In this document: positions 26,225 to 38,495 of the stretch, one piece after another | Layout: each line of letters starts with the position of its first letter | Numbering within the stretch: position 1 is the stretch's first letter | Assembly: GCA_002269645.1 (NCBI GenBank) | Contig: NIVC01000215.1 | Span: forward strand, 1 to 64,000 | Length of the DNA: 64,000 nucleotides | Direction of reading: 5' to 3' | Source: Macrostomum lignano | Taxonomy: Eukaryota | The notes under the pieces: model-generated | The model's database searches: none | What the model saw: only the letters and a program-made list of their open reading frames with translations | Told to the model about the DNA's origin: nothing | Position numbers and translations under genes: made by a program

Positions 26225-27776
26225 ATAATCTATATTATTGTCTTTGAATACAATGACTAGGAACTAGTGTTGGCCTATCACTTATTTTACAATTACAGGC
26301 CTGAGCAAATAGGCCTATTCAATATACTACACTGTATACAATACAAGGACTAATCAACTCAAGTAGAGTAGGCCTAGACTGAGTAGTCCTACCTAAGGGT
26401 GAACCATCCTAAGTCCTTGACTCGCTCAGTTGACTGTATAATTTTTATATGGCCTATGGGTCGCATGCATTCTTACAGTCTAGACAAATCGGTTTTCGTT
26501 TGCTTATTCAGTAGGGCTTTTCATATTTCATATTAGGCCCCCTACCAATTCCAGAATCAGAATCGGATCGGATCTTCCAAGAAAAACAGCAGTATAAATA
26601 TTTAATTCTGTTGAATGTTTGACTGCCTTGCCCTGGCCCGTTAACAACCTCTCTTAGCACAATTTTTCACTTTCTTCTTGGCGATTGTCATTCAATAATA
26701 AAAACTTTATAGCACGTATCTCCCTCTAGTTAGGCCTTTGGAGACAAAAAGTTATACTTCACAAATTGGTTCTGGTTCTGAAAATTGAAAAGGCCCAGTG
26801 TCATTGAATCAACATGATCAACTGCTTAAGTAATAAGACTGCCGAATGCAAAAAAGCATCTCTGCTCGCTCGCGCCGGGACGCGCACGCGAAAATAAATT
26901 CGATTAACAAGTTGATGCACACCGTCGTTTTAAGTCGTTTTACATGATTCAAGAGTTAAAATAAATGGTATATCTATAGCTACAAAATTTCTTTAAAAAA
27001 GTACTGTAAAGAGTGTAAGAAAAACCAATTGTAAATGTATATACATTTTTTGTGTTACTTTTATTCATATTTTTTATATGCATGGTCACAACTGATTGTC
27101 TATTTTAAAATTGAAATTATTTCTTTGTGTACACACTGTTAAACTTACAATAATTATTGGACCTGCTAGTTCATTCAAAATCTCTAAGTCTACAGAGTGA
27201 TTTAACTAGGAATAGCCGAATAAGCAATCGCATTTTCACCAGGTTAGCATGATTTTAGATTAGGCCCTATCAATATCATGACATGGTTTATCATTGTTAT
27301 TTGTATAGCCTATATAGCCATAGCCATAGGCCTAGGCCTAATTCTAATAATGGTATTGATATTGACTATTTTTACAAGTTACATACATGCCTTTTTTGCT
27401 TTGTCAGAAAAATAGGGTAGGCCCTAGCTTTTTATATTAACTTTATCTTCAGATACATATGCATACAAAACTCTAATGGCATTCTTTCGGATGACGATCA
27501 CCTGAAAAGTGACGATCACCAATGTAAAAGTTCTGGGTAATTGAAATTGAAAGTAAGAAAGCGAGTCAAACAAATTGTCCAGAAATTAAAAAACCCAACA
27601 TTGGGGCTATCAGTCATGAATCGTGTATTTCGTAGTAACCGCCACGTGTATTAAATCAATTTTGGATGGAATGATCGTCTTCCGAAACTATAGCTTGGAA
27701 ATTCTAGAAAAAAATTAGTGTCTCAAAGTTTAACATCTAGTGAATGTAAGTCAGTTTTGGAAGACAATCATTTTAA

Positions 27777-29461
27777 GGGTAATTCCACGAGATGACGGTC
27801 GTTGGGTTGGAGCAAATAATAATCAGTAATCATACAAAAGACAAACTAAATTGAGACTTTGTGAGTTCTATATTTATGGGCGTGACCTCTAGATTGAGAT
27901 GAGATACATTTTAAAGTCATTTGTCTTACTGTGTTGATTTAGCAGAGAGAAACTTTCGATGACGGTCGTTTTTGGTGAAAGTTTATATATCCAACTTTAT
28001 AACTTAAGTTTAAGATTCCTGCGAATCAGGCAAGTTTTTGTCTCAATTGATCATTAATTGTAGTAAACAATAGCTAGATGAATGGTTACAAACAATTATT
28101 ACATTTTAGTAGACAACTTTAACTGTGTTGCACATTTTTTCTTAAATGACGGTCGTTGACTGACGGTCGTTTGTTTCAAAAAACGACCTTCAGTTTTGAA
28201 AAGTGTATTAGGATGCTCTATTTTTAGATACAATCTTGGTTAAAAGATTGTTTATAATCCATAGTTGTTCATATAAAAACTATAACTTGCTTGTCTAACC
28301 ATAAAATTTATTATACCTATTTCACATTTCAGATCAAACATACTTATGCACCTTCAACAAAAACATCACTTCATGATTGCACAACTCAACATATGATCAT
28401 AAAGATGGACAGTCCTAATCTATTCAAGAATTCAAAGAATAGAATATAACAATTAACAAAACCAAAGGCAAATACAGATTATTTGTTAGGCAATAAGCAG
28501 TAGCACCAATGGATAGTAAAAACTTGAGTCTAGTTAGACTACTTATGTTGAAGATTAGGGCATGTGTTAAGGTGCATTGCAAACTAAAGTGGAGAGTTCT
28601 AGGTGCATGGTTAGTAATTGGAACAACCTTTTTAAAAGTTCAGGTTGAAAATGATTTTAAGGTATCAAACAAGTAATTGACAGTATACATTTTTAATAAA
28701 AGACTTGAATTCCACTATATTTTTCTTTACAATCAAAACTGTAAAAACTTTGAAAGAGAAATTGAATAAGTAATTCACATTAAAAAAGACATGATTTTAG
28801 AATATCAGTAAATTCAGTTTTTTGTATAAAATTTAGGAATAAATGATAGTAATTCAGGTTTTATAAAGATCAACAAATTTCAGAATACTAGAAAATGATG
28901 GTCGTTAGGTAACTTTGCAGGGTTTTTTTAGCATGATACACTTATCATAAACTAACAAAAATGACTATAAACTTAAATATAGGCTCAGAAAATATTTTAG
29001 CAAAAAATTATCAACTTATAAACCTCTTGAAAATTAGTACAACAACTTTTTGTAAAAAAAATGATGGTCGTTTTTAACACTTAAAAAAGGGAAGTCAAAC
29101 TTTTTAAAATAAAAAATTATGATAGATAGAACTATATTAGATCACAAAACTTTATAATTTCAGTCTTTAGATATAAGAAAGAAAGATTTTTATTATTTAT
29201 GCACTTGATACATTATGTTTATTAACTTTTTTTCTTATTGAAAACTAGATTAAACTTTTTATAATGTCCCGCGGGACATTTAAAATCTTGCAAGGGTACC
29301 ATGATCAAAACAAAATATATATACCTAGAGGTAGATAAATGTGTATGAAACTACATAAAAATGAAACTATACATAATTATATGCAAAATGAAATATTCAC
29401 ATTTGCAAAAAATTTTTAAAAAAATTTCTATACCTTTGATGACCCTATCATGGAATAACCC
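27777..29461. mobile_element. Non-autonomous DNA transposon, copy 2, inserted in the Merlin element; TTAA target duplication
   Basis: TTAA-GGGTAATTCCA...TGGAATAACCC-TTAA. A TTAA TSD with purine-starting TIRs fits Kolobok rather than piggyBac, which starts CCC. Family label is inference. Confidence 0.85.
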
Positions 29462-29537
29462 TTAATATGAAGGTAGCCCTGAAATGATCGCGTTCCAAAA
29501 GTACAGAGTTTTTATTGTCTTAGGAGCAGTAATCATT

Positions 29538-30726
29538 TCATTCAACAGACAGAAGTTCAAAGTTGAGGCCAAAGAGGCACTCATCCAAAACCCGTGGAGC
29601 ACCATCCAAGGGGTAGACGTGCTTTAAGTCCTGGAAGAACTCATGGATGAACTGTTTCATTTCTTTGTTACGGTGGGAGCGGTACATTAGCTCGACTAGG
29701 TATGAAGCGAAGTGTAGTGCGCTAGTTCCACGCATGTTCTTAAATTTGGCTTTTGCAGTACCCCAAAAGCCCTTAAAATGCGATTTGTGTGTACATCTTT
29801 CTTCTCGCCGTTTCGTTCAATAGTCGTCTTAAAGTGCTCTTTGTGGCAGACAACCCAGTGACTGTAACCCATGTGTTCCAAGTCAAGGTAAGCAGACCAG
29901 CCGTCGCTGAATACAGTCATTCCGGGGAGAATGAACTTCTCAATTAAAGGTAGAAGAGTTTCTTTTGATCTGTTTTCAATAGGCCAAATGACAGTACGGC
30001 CATCGTGTCTGTCTGTCATGCCGAAAATCCAAATTTGTTGGCCCAGTTTCGCACCTTGGTTATATTTCATCTTTCGGCCAAAGAGGGACTCATCTATTTC
30101 AACGATATGTCCAACACCACCAAGAGAGATCGTATCTCGACGTGTCTTGAACCATTCACACATTACATCTCGAATGAAGTGGCCCCGTTGCATGGCTGCC
30201 TCCGCTTCAATGCCGTACATGGCGCGCAGTGAACTGTGGGTTATAATATGGATGCACCCCCCTCAGTTTCGGAAGGCAATCATTCTTAATGTAATTTGTA
30301 CATTGTAATGATCGTCAACCGAAAGTACATGGCTTACCTTTGCGGAGTGTTCAGAAGATAACCAATGCAGTACCCAATGATGTCCATTGGATTCAGTTTA
30401 GAATTCTCGAAAAAAGTTCCCCTTCTAATGGAGACTCTTTTTTCATGTGCTCCAAATGGCAAACCAGCTCCCTTCTTGCACCGGAACACGACGCCGTCTG
30501 TCGAATTATGGGCCTTGACAATGTTCATTGACGATGCACAAATAGGGCAGGGCATGGTTTCCGGAAGCAGTCCTTCTCTTTGAAGAAGGCCAATCCAGTT
30601 TTCAGCTGTAATAAAGCGCCATGACATGGGACACACCAGTTCCTCGATATGCTCCAGTGGCTTCAAATCAACAAACGAGCCGGCACCTTCAATTTTCTGT
30701 TCTTTGGCAGGTTTTGAGCATGCCAT
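29538..30726 (-). pseudogene. Merlin transposase; exons 30726-30338 and 30233-29538, with one frameshift near 29775
   Basis: N-terminal zinc-ribbon-like CPIC...FRC, then GHIVEIDES, VFSDGWSAY and HTNRI|(E)GFWG, typical of IS1595/Merlin transposases. 104-bp phase-2 intron (ag|gtaagc ... cacag|t). Confidence 0.88.
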
Positions 30727-31609
30727 AGTGAGTGCTACTGAAATATGAGAAAGAAAAGCTATAGTTTTGGATCACGATCATTTGAATTCAAAAGTATCAT
30801 TGAAATGATCGCATTCCGAAACTGATTATATACACGTCCATGACAGAAATAATGCTATTGATGTTGCTGGTTTTAAATTGGAAAGTTTCTCTGTTTTTCT
30901 GTAGTTTCGGATCGCGATCCTTTCTATTCAAAACTTATATTGAAATGATTGCCTTCCGAAACTAATTATATAGTTGCCATTTTTCCATGATTTCTACAGC
31001 ATAGTATACCATTTTCATAGGTGATCGTCAACCGAAACTTGTAAGAAACGGAATGATCATCATCCGAAAGAATGCCACTCTAATTTAGTTTAATGCACAC
31101 TAGAGTTCCACAGAAGGGATCTACACTTTTTGGTAGGCCTACCTTGCTTTTTAGGACTTCTAGTCAATCCAGATGAACATAGGCCCTAACTTTCACTGAT
31201 CAGTTTTTACCAATGTTAAAACCAATTTTAAAATGGACATAGACATGTGCATCATTCTAAATGATGACTCACTCACCCATTCACTCCTTGCCTTAGCCCT
31301 TAGTCAGCCACCCCATTGAAAAAAATTGTCATCTAGTAATACTACATCTTTTTACAAAAAAACACTCTTTCAAATACCTTAATAATTTTACAAATATCGT
31401 AACTCGCTTCTTGCCTGAGCCAACTTACTACTACTACTTACTAACTCGTGAAAAAATTTAACCTTTTGAACTTAATCATAATTAAACAACTAATGCTAAA
31501 ATATCTTAAATACACAGAAATATACTGGCCAAACAGGCTTCTTGCCTGAGCCAACTTACTACTACTACTACTACTACTAGTATATAGCCACCCCATTCCC
31601 AGGTCTATG

Positions 31610-32262
31610 AAATTTGCTTGCAAGAAGTTTGCTTGCCAAAGTTTGCTTGCAGGACTTTTGCTTACAGAAATTTGCTTGCCAAACTTTGCTTGCCAAACTT
31701 TGCTTGCAGAAATTTTGTTTGCCAAGGTTTGCTATTTTTGAGCTCTTGTGTATTTCTAATTTTCATTTTCTAAGATTCATGGAAGTTGCCTATAGTGTTA
31801 TCTTATGATTTTATATAAGGAAATGGCAGATTTAAAAAGCCCTAATGCTGAAATGAAATAATTTAGTTTTTTATTAAGAGTATATTTTTAACAAAAAATT
31901 GGACAGAATTTCAAATAATACACAAATCAAATGATTTAGGTAGCCAATTATATAGGATAGATTTTTTGCAAATGAATGTGTTACCAATCTGTGAATTGCT
32001 ACATATTATGACTCATAAAGATACCCAACACTCGGATACCCAAAGTTTGGCAAGCAAAGTTCAATAGGCAAAGTTCTTGCAAGCAAAGTTTAGCAAGAAA
32101 AATTCTATAACTACAAGCAAAGCTTGGCAAAAAAATTCCTGCAAGCAAAGTTCAACAAGCAAAGTTTGGATGCAAAGTTCAGCAACCAATGTTTGGCAAG
32201 CGAAGTTTGGCAAGCAAACTTCAACTAGCAAAATTCCGCAAGCAAAGCTTGGCAAGCAAACT
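31610..32262. repeat. Foldback-like structure with tandem-repeat arms
   Basis: (TTTGCTTGCCAAA)n-like units at 31610-31735 and inverted (CAAGCAAAGTTT)n-like units at 32045-32262. Confidence 0.65.
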
Positions 32263-32399
32263 TCCCACAAGAAAACATTGTACTCTCCCATTCCCATGCC
32301 ATGTCCGATTATGTACATTTTAACATCACTTTTAATGTCAATAAAAACTGATTGGCCAAAGTTATATATATCTATCTAGTGACAAGACAATCTGGCAAC

Positions 32400-32584
32400 C
32401 AGTGGCATAGGCAGGGATATAGGGATGTATCCCCCTGTGGGCCTGGTTGGTAGGTATAAGAAATTGATTTATGGTGCTTAATTTTTTGTGAACTGCCCAT
32501 TAGACCAGCAAGTACAGGTAGCAATAGCTACTCATATCTTTGCATGCCCCCCCCCCTTGTGAGAAATTCCTGACTATGCCCATG
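32400..32584. mobile_element. hAT-like MITE
   Basis: Imperfect TIRs CAGTGGCATAGGCAGG / CCTGACTATGCCCATG. Flanks CTGGCAAC and CCAGCAAT could be one 8-bp TSD (CCGGCAAC) after cytosine decay. Confidence 0.5.
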
Positions 32585-33054
32585 CCAGCAATAGACAATC
32601 TGGCAATAGACAATCTATTGTAATGACAAGTTTTGTATTATAGGCCCCAAGTATAGATTTTATAGATTTTAGATCTTATAAACAAAACTTTAAGGGCCTA
32701 TATAAACATAGTTTTAATCTTATATATAAAGAACTCACTTTAAGATAGCTAGTATCTTTTTTGAATGTACATTATAAAAATACAAAAAATTGTACATTAT
32801 GTCTATACTTCTAACATAATTTAAGGTAGGCCTATCACTTCAAATGTTTTATTATAATAATGGATCTGATTTAGTGTTCTGCCATAGCTATAGCTACAGC
32901 TATAGGACTAGCAATCTTCGCCCCCCGTTGGGGGGACATCTGTATAGAATCTCTGTTCTCTACAAGTAACAGAAAGATAGCCAAATAAAGCCTTCACGAA
33001 GAAAACAGACAAAATACTCAAATGAAGTGCAATGCGAAAAGAAATCATCCCAAG

Positions 33055-33215
33055 ACAGCAAGCATCCCCCAGATAGCAAGCATCCCCCAGATAGCAAGCA
33101 TCCCCAAAATAGCAAGCATCCCCCAGATAGCAAGCATCCCCTAGATTGCAAGCATCCTCCAGATAGCAAGCATCCCCCAGATAGATAGCATTCCCAAATA
33201 GCAAGCATCCACCAA
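33055..33215. repeat. 18-bp minisatellite
   Basis: GATAGCAAGCATCCCCCA units; a degenerate relative lies at ~61320-61445. Confidence 0.85.
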
Positions 33216-33299
33216 ACAATAAGTTGCTAGTGCGACAATTTCCTTAGCATTATAGTGGCTCCTTTAAAATTCGCTTACTTTTACGTTTGAAACTGTGTA

Positions 33300-36200
33300 T
33301 CTTTTATGATGACATGGTGGCTTTTTTATGTTCTACATGGTAACTCTTTTATGTTTGATACGGTGGCTTTTCAATGTCTGACATGGTGGCTCTTAAATGT
33401 TTGACATGATGGCTCTTTTATGTTTGACATGGTGGCTCTTTAATGTTCGAAATGGTGGTTCTTTAATGTTCGAAATAGTGGCTCTTTAATGTTCGAAATG
33501 GTGGCTCTTTAATGTTTTACATGGTGGCTCTTTTATGATCGACATGGTGGCTCTTTTATGTTCGACATGGTGGCTCTTTAATGTTTGACATGGTGGCTGT
33601 TTATTGTTCGACATGGTGGCTCTTAAATATTTGACATGGTGGCTTTTTAATTTTTCACATGGTGGCTCTTTAATGTAAGACATGGTGGCTCTTTAATGTT
33701 TGACATAATGGCTCTTTAATGTTTGACAATGTGGCTCTTTAATGTTTTACATGGTGGCTCTTTTATGATCGACATGGTGGCTCTTTTATGTTTGACATGG
33801 TGGCTCTTTAATGTTCGAAATGGTGGCTCTTTAATGTTTGACATAAAGTCACATATATGTTTGACATGGTGGCTCTTGAATGTTTAACATAGTGGCTCTT
33901 TTATGTTCGACATGGTGGCGCTTCTATGTTTGACATGGTGGCTCTTTATTGTTTGACATGGTGGCTCTTTAATGTTCGAAATGGTGGCTCTTTAATGTTT
34001 GACATGCTGGCTCTTTATTGTTCGACATGGTGGCTCTTTAATGTTCAAAATGGTGGCTCTTTTATGTTTGACATGGTTGCTCTTTAATGTTCGACATGGT
34101 GGCTCTATAATGTTAGACATGGTGGCTTTTTAATGTTCGACATGGTGCCTCTTTAATGTTCGACATGGTGGTCCTTTTATGTTTGACATGGTGCCTCTTT
34201 AATGTTTGACATTGAGTCACGTATATGTTTGACATGGTGGCTCTTTAATGTTCGACATTGTGGCTCTTTAATGTTAGACATGGTGGTTCTTTAATGTTCG
34301 ACATGGTGGTCCTTTTATGTTTGACATGGTGGCTCTTTAATGTTTGACATGGTAGCTCTTTTATGTTCGACATGGTGGCTCTTTTATGTTTGACATAGTG
34401 GCTCTTAAATGTTTGACATGGTGGCTCTTTAATGTTCGAAATGGTGGCTCTTTAATGTTTTACATGGTGGCTCTTTTATGATCGACATGGTGGCTCTTTT
34501 ATGTTCAAAATGGTGTCTGTTTTATGTTTGACATGGTTGCTCTTTAATGTTCGACATGGTGGCTCTATAATGTTAGACATGGTGGCTTTTTAATGTTCGA
34601 CATGGTGCCTCTTTAATGTTCGACATGGTGGTCCTTTTATGTTTGACATGGTGGCTCTTTAATGTTTGACATTGAGTCACGTATATGTTTGACATGGTGG
34701 CTCTTTAATGTTCGACATGGTGGCTCTTTAATGTTAGACATGGTGGTTCTTTAATGTTCGACATGGTGGCTCTTAAATATTTGACATGGTGGCTTTTTAA
34801 TGTTTGACATGGTGGCTCTTTTATGTTCGACATTGTGGTTCTTTTATGTTCGACATGGTGGCTCTTTTATGTTTGACATGGAGTCACGAATATACTTGAC
34901 ATGGTGACTCGATAATGTTAGACATGGTGGCTCTTTAATGTTTGACCTGGTGGCAGCTTAACGTAATGGTGGCTCTTTTATGTTTGACATGGTGGCTCTT
35001 TAATATTTGACATGGTGGCTCTTTAATGTTCGACATGGTGGCTCTTTAATGTTAGACATGGTCGCTCTTTAATATTTGACATGGTGGCTCTTTAATGTTC
35101 GACATAGTGGTCCTTTTATGCTTGACATGGTGGCTCTTTAATATTTGACATGGTGGCTCTTTAATGTTCTACATGGTGGTTCTATAATGTTTGGCATGAT
35201 GGCCCTTTGATGTTTGATATGGAGTCACGAATATACTTGACATGGTGACTCGATAATGTTAGACATGGTGGCTCTTTAATGTTTGACCTGGTGGCAGCTT
35301 AACGTAATGATGGCTCTTTAATGTTTGACATGGTGGCTCTTTAATATTTGACATGGTGGCTCTTTAATGTTCGACATGGTGGCTCTTTAATGTTAGACAA
35401 GGTGGCTCTTTAATGTTTGAGATGGTGGCTCTTTAATGTTCAACATGGTGGCTCTTCAATGTTTGACATGGTGGCTCTTTAATTTTCGAAATGGTGGCTC
35501 TGTTTTATGTTTGACATGGTGGCTCTTTAATGTTCGACATAGTGGCTGTTTTATGTTTGACATGGTGGCTCTTTAATGTTGGACATGGTGGCTCTTTAAT
35601 GTTTGACATGGTGGCTCTTTAATTTTCGAAATGTTGGCTGTTTTATGTTTGACATGGTGGCTCTTTAATGTTCGACATGGTGGCTCTTTAATGTTTGACA
35701 TGGTAGTTCTTTTATGTTTGATATGGTGGCTCTTTTAGGTTTGAAATGGTGGCTCTTTAATGTTCAACATTGTGGCTCTTTAATGTTTGACATGGTGGCT
35801 TTTTAATGTTCGACATGGTGGCTCTTTTAGGTTTGAAATGGTGGCTCTTTAATGTTTGACATGGTGGCTTTTTAATGTTCGACATGGTGGCTCTTTAATG
35901 TTCGACATGGTGGCTCTTTTAGGTTTGAAATGGTGGCTCTTTAATGTTTGACATGGTGGCTTTTTAATGTTCGACATGGTGGCTCTTTAATGTTCGACAT
36001 GGTGGCTCTTTTAGGTTTGAAATGGTGGCTCTTTAATGTTCGACATTGTGGCTCTTTAATGTTTGACATGGTGGCTTTTTAATGTTCGACATGGTGGCTC
36101 TTTTAGGTTTGAAATGGTGGCTCTTTAATGTTTGACATTGTGGCTTTTTAATGTTCGACATGGTGGCTCTTTAATGTTCGACATGGTGGCTCTTTAATGT

Positions 36201-36470
36201 TTGACATTGTGGCTCTTTAATGTTTGACATGGTGGCTTTTTAATGTTCGACATGGTGGCTCTTTAATGTTCGACATGGTGGCTCTTTTAGGTTTGAAATG
36301 GTGGCTCTTTAATGTTTGACATTGTGGCTCTTTAATGTTTGACATGGTAGCTTTTTAATGTTCGACATGGTGGCTCTTTTAGGTTTGAAATGGTGGCTCT
36401 TTAATGTTTGACATGGTGGCTTTTTTAATGTTCGACATGGTGGCTCTTTAATGTTTGACATTGCGCTTCT
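33300..36470. repeat. ~3.2-kb satellite of 23-bp units
   Basis: GACATGGTGGCTCTTTAATGTT(C/T), degenerate at the left end and more homogeneous at the right. Confidence 0.97.
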
Positions 36471-36509
36471 TTTATGTTTAGCAGTTTTTTGTTTTTAAGG
36501 TATTTTAAT

Positions 36510-36590
36510 AAAAAAATCTTTTTGCGCTACCAAGATTCGAACCCAGGTCGCTACATTAGCAGTCCAGTCTGTTCGCATCTAGGCTATCTT
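36510..36590 (-). other. tRNA-like (Ser-GCT-like) Pol III box A/B relic adjoining the 23-bp satellite; not a functional tRNA
   Basis: TAGCCTAGATG...GGACTGCTAATG...GGGTTCGAATC on the minus strand; the acceptor stem does not pair. Confidence 0.45.
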
Positions 36591-37959
36591 TTTTCAATTG
36601 GAGCACATGAATTGTGGCCCTTATAATTCAATTCTTACAGCAAGTCAATTGGAGTAAAAAGTTATGACATAATCAATTTCTCAGTCAGCCAGAATCAGTC
36701 TCAATTCAAGTTAGCAATATGGTTACGCAATTTAAATCAAGTCGTGTGTGCATTTCTTCGGCACTGTTTTCAACTTGTTGTGATGCAATCTTTATCACAA
36801 TCGGAATTCAGCCAGTCAGTTTTTTCTCTAGCATTCTTACAATGAATTTTAGGTCGAAAGAGCTGCTTGACCTTTGCAAAAAAGCAGGTTTTTCGAATAT
36901 TTAATCGCTTTAACATGGAGCAATTTCTTAGCCAAGATGCATGTACCGTCCCAGGAAAATTTCTGATCGAACAGTGCAAGTTCGAAGAAAATCGGTCCAG
37001 CCATTTTTTCTCTAATCGATTGCGTACAAACAAACAACTCATTTTTAGTATATAGGATTAGAGATTTAGTATATTTAGAAGATATTATAGCAAATATGGT
37101 AAAATAGGTGCCTACAGCAATTATGGATATGCCTATAGTAGATAGCTGCTCTTATAGCTATGGCTATAGAAATATGGTAGTTGCTATCATATTCTGTAGT
37201 ATTCTTATAGGCCTAGCCATAGTTAATAACTAAAAAATATTAGAAACAAGTAGAGTAAAACAAAGATAGGCCTACTTTATTAAACTATATTATAGACTTA
37301 GAAACTTATAGATTAGGCCTATGTTTAATAAAGTACAATGAAACACTAGCAAATTCTAACTTTTAACAATGTAAAAAAGTTTAGCATTAGTACTTTCAAT
37401 AGTGATTAAGTATTGTTACTCTTTGTAAAAGGATTAAATATATTCTTTCAAAGGCAATCAAGTGTTTGTTTTATTTTCTACTTTAAATTGTAGTTTTTTA
37501 AGCATTAGGTTATCTTATTGATTAAAAATATTTTGTTTCCTAGACTTTTTGTTAAAACTATGGCTATGGCTATATGAGCCACAGGAATATGGCAATATTA
37601 AAGTCGCTACAGCTACAGAATATGGAAAATTGGAATAAGCCATAGTTTTGTTTATGGCTATGGCTATGGCATATGGACCCCCTTTATGGTGGAACATATT
37701 TTGAACATACTAAGTTGGCCAATCCTGGGAACTATGTTTGTATAGGCTTATCCCCTTACATTCTATTGAATATAAAAAATAATAATTAATAACAATACTA
37801 ACAATTATAATAATTAAAACAATCAAAGCTCTCTAATCTGTTAAAATGCCAATAGCCAACTTTTTTATGTAATAGCTTTTTGCAATTGTCAAGTTTCATT
37901 CGTTAAATTATTTTGACTTCAGAAAAGTAATCTACAAACTATTTTAAGTTCAAATAAAT

Positions 37960-38495
37960 ACTTTTAAGAGACTTAAGCCTGATTAAGCACTAATTTGATG
38001 CTTCAAAACTTGTTATAATGTATCTGACCCCAGAAAGCTGCAATAGTCTATGGCCAAAAAGTTTGAACATTTTTTGACTTAAAAAAGGTCTATAGTAAGT
38101 CTAAATATCAATGATCTTTAGCAAGTTGACAAATAACAAAAGACTTAGAGTAAAGTTCTAAATTTAGCAAGGCTATACTGCGCACCATGCATGGGACTTT
38201 ACAAGCCCTATTTAAAACATACTTAGAGGAATTGTGGCATCAACTAAACCTAGTGAAGCCATTTGGGAATATCCGATTATGGATTTCCCACTACTATAGT
38301 GTATAAAGCTTTTGTTGTTTGTTCATTGGCAGTTTGACCATAGACAATAGTACTTTTTATTTGTTTCTGTTAAGACTTGTTTATTTGTTAACACTTTGAC
38401 CATAGACTATTGTAGCTTTTCAGTGTCAGATACATTATAACAAGTTTTGAAGCATAAAATTAGTTCTTGATTAAGCTTAAGTCTCTTAAGAATAG
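37960..38495. mobile_element. MITE/foldback with ~105-bp inverted arms
   Basis: TTAAGAGACTTAAGC...GCTTCAAAACTTGTTATAATGTATCTGAC...AATAGTCTATGG at 37960-38060 is inverted at 38395-38495. Confidence 0.75.

Larger units (their letters stand above)
27478..31076 (-). mobile_element. Merlin (IS1016/IS1595-related) DNA transposon, full length, carrying a nested 1.7-kb insertion
   Basis: 23-bp TIRs GGCATTCTTTCGGATGA(C/T)GATCA at 27478 and ending at 31076. Perfect 8-bp TSD ACTCTAAT (27470-27477 and 31077-31084). Encodes a DDE transposase. Confidence 0.92.

Noticed and set aside
29765-29785. TTAAGGG at the Merlin frameshift as an excision footprint of the TTAA element
   Set aside because: The match is only 7 bp and sequencing error is an equally good explanation.
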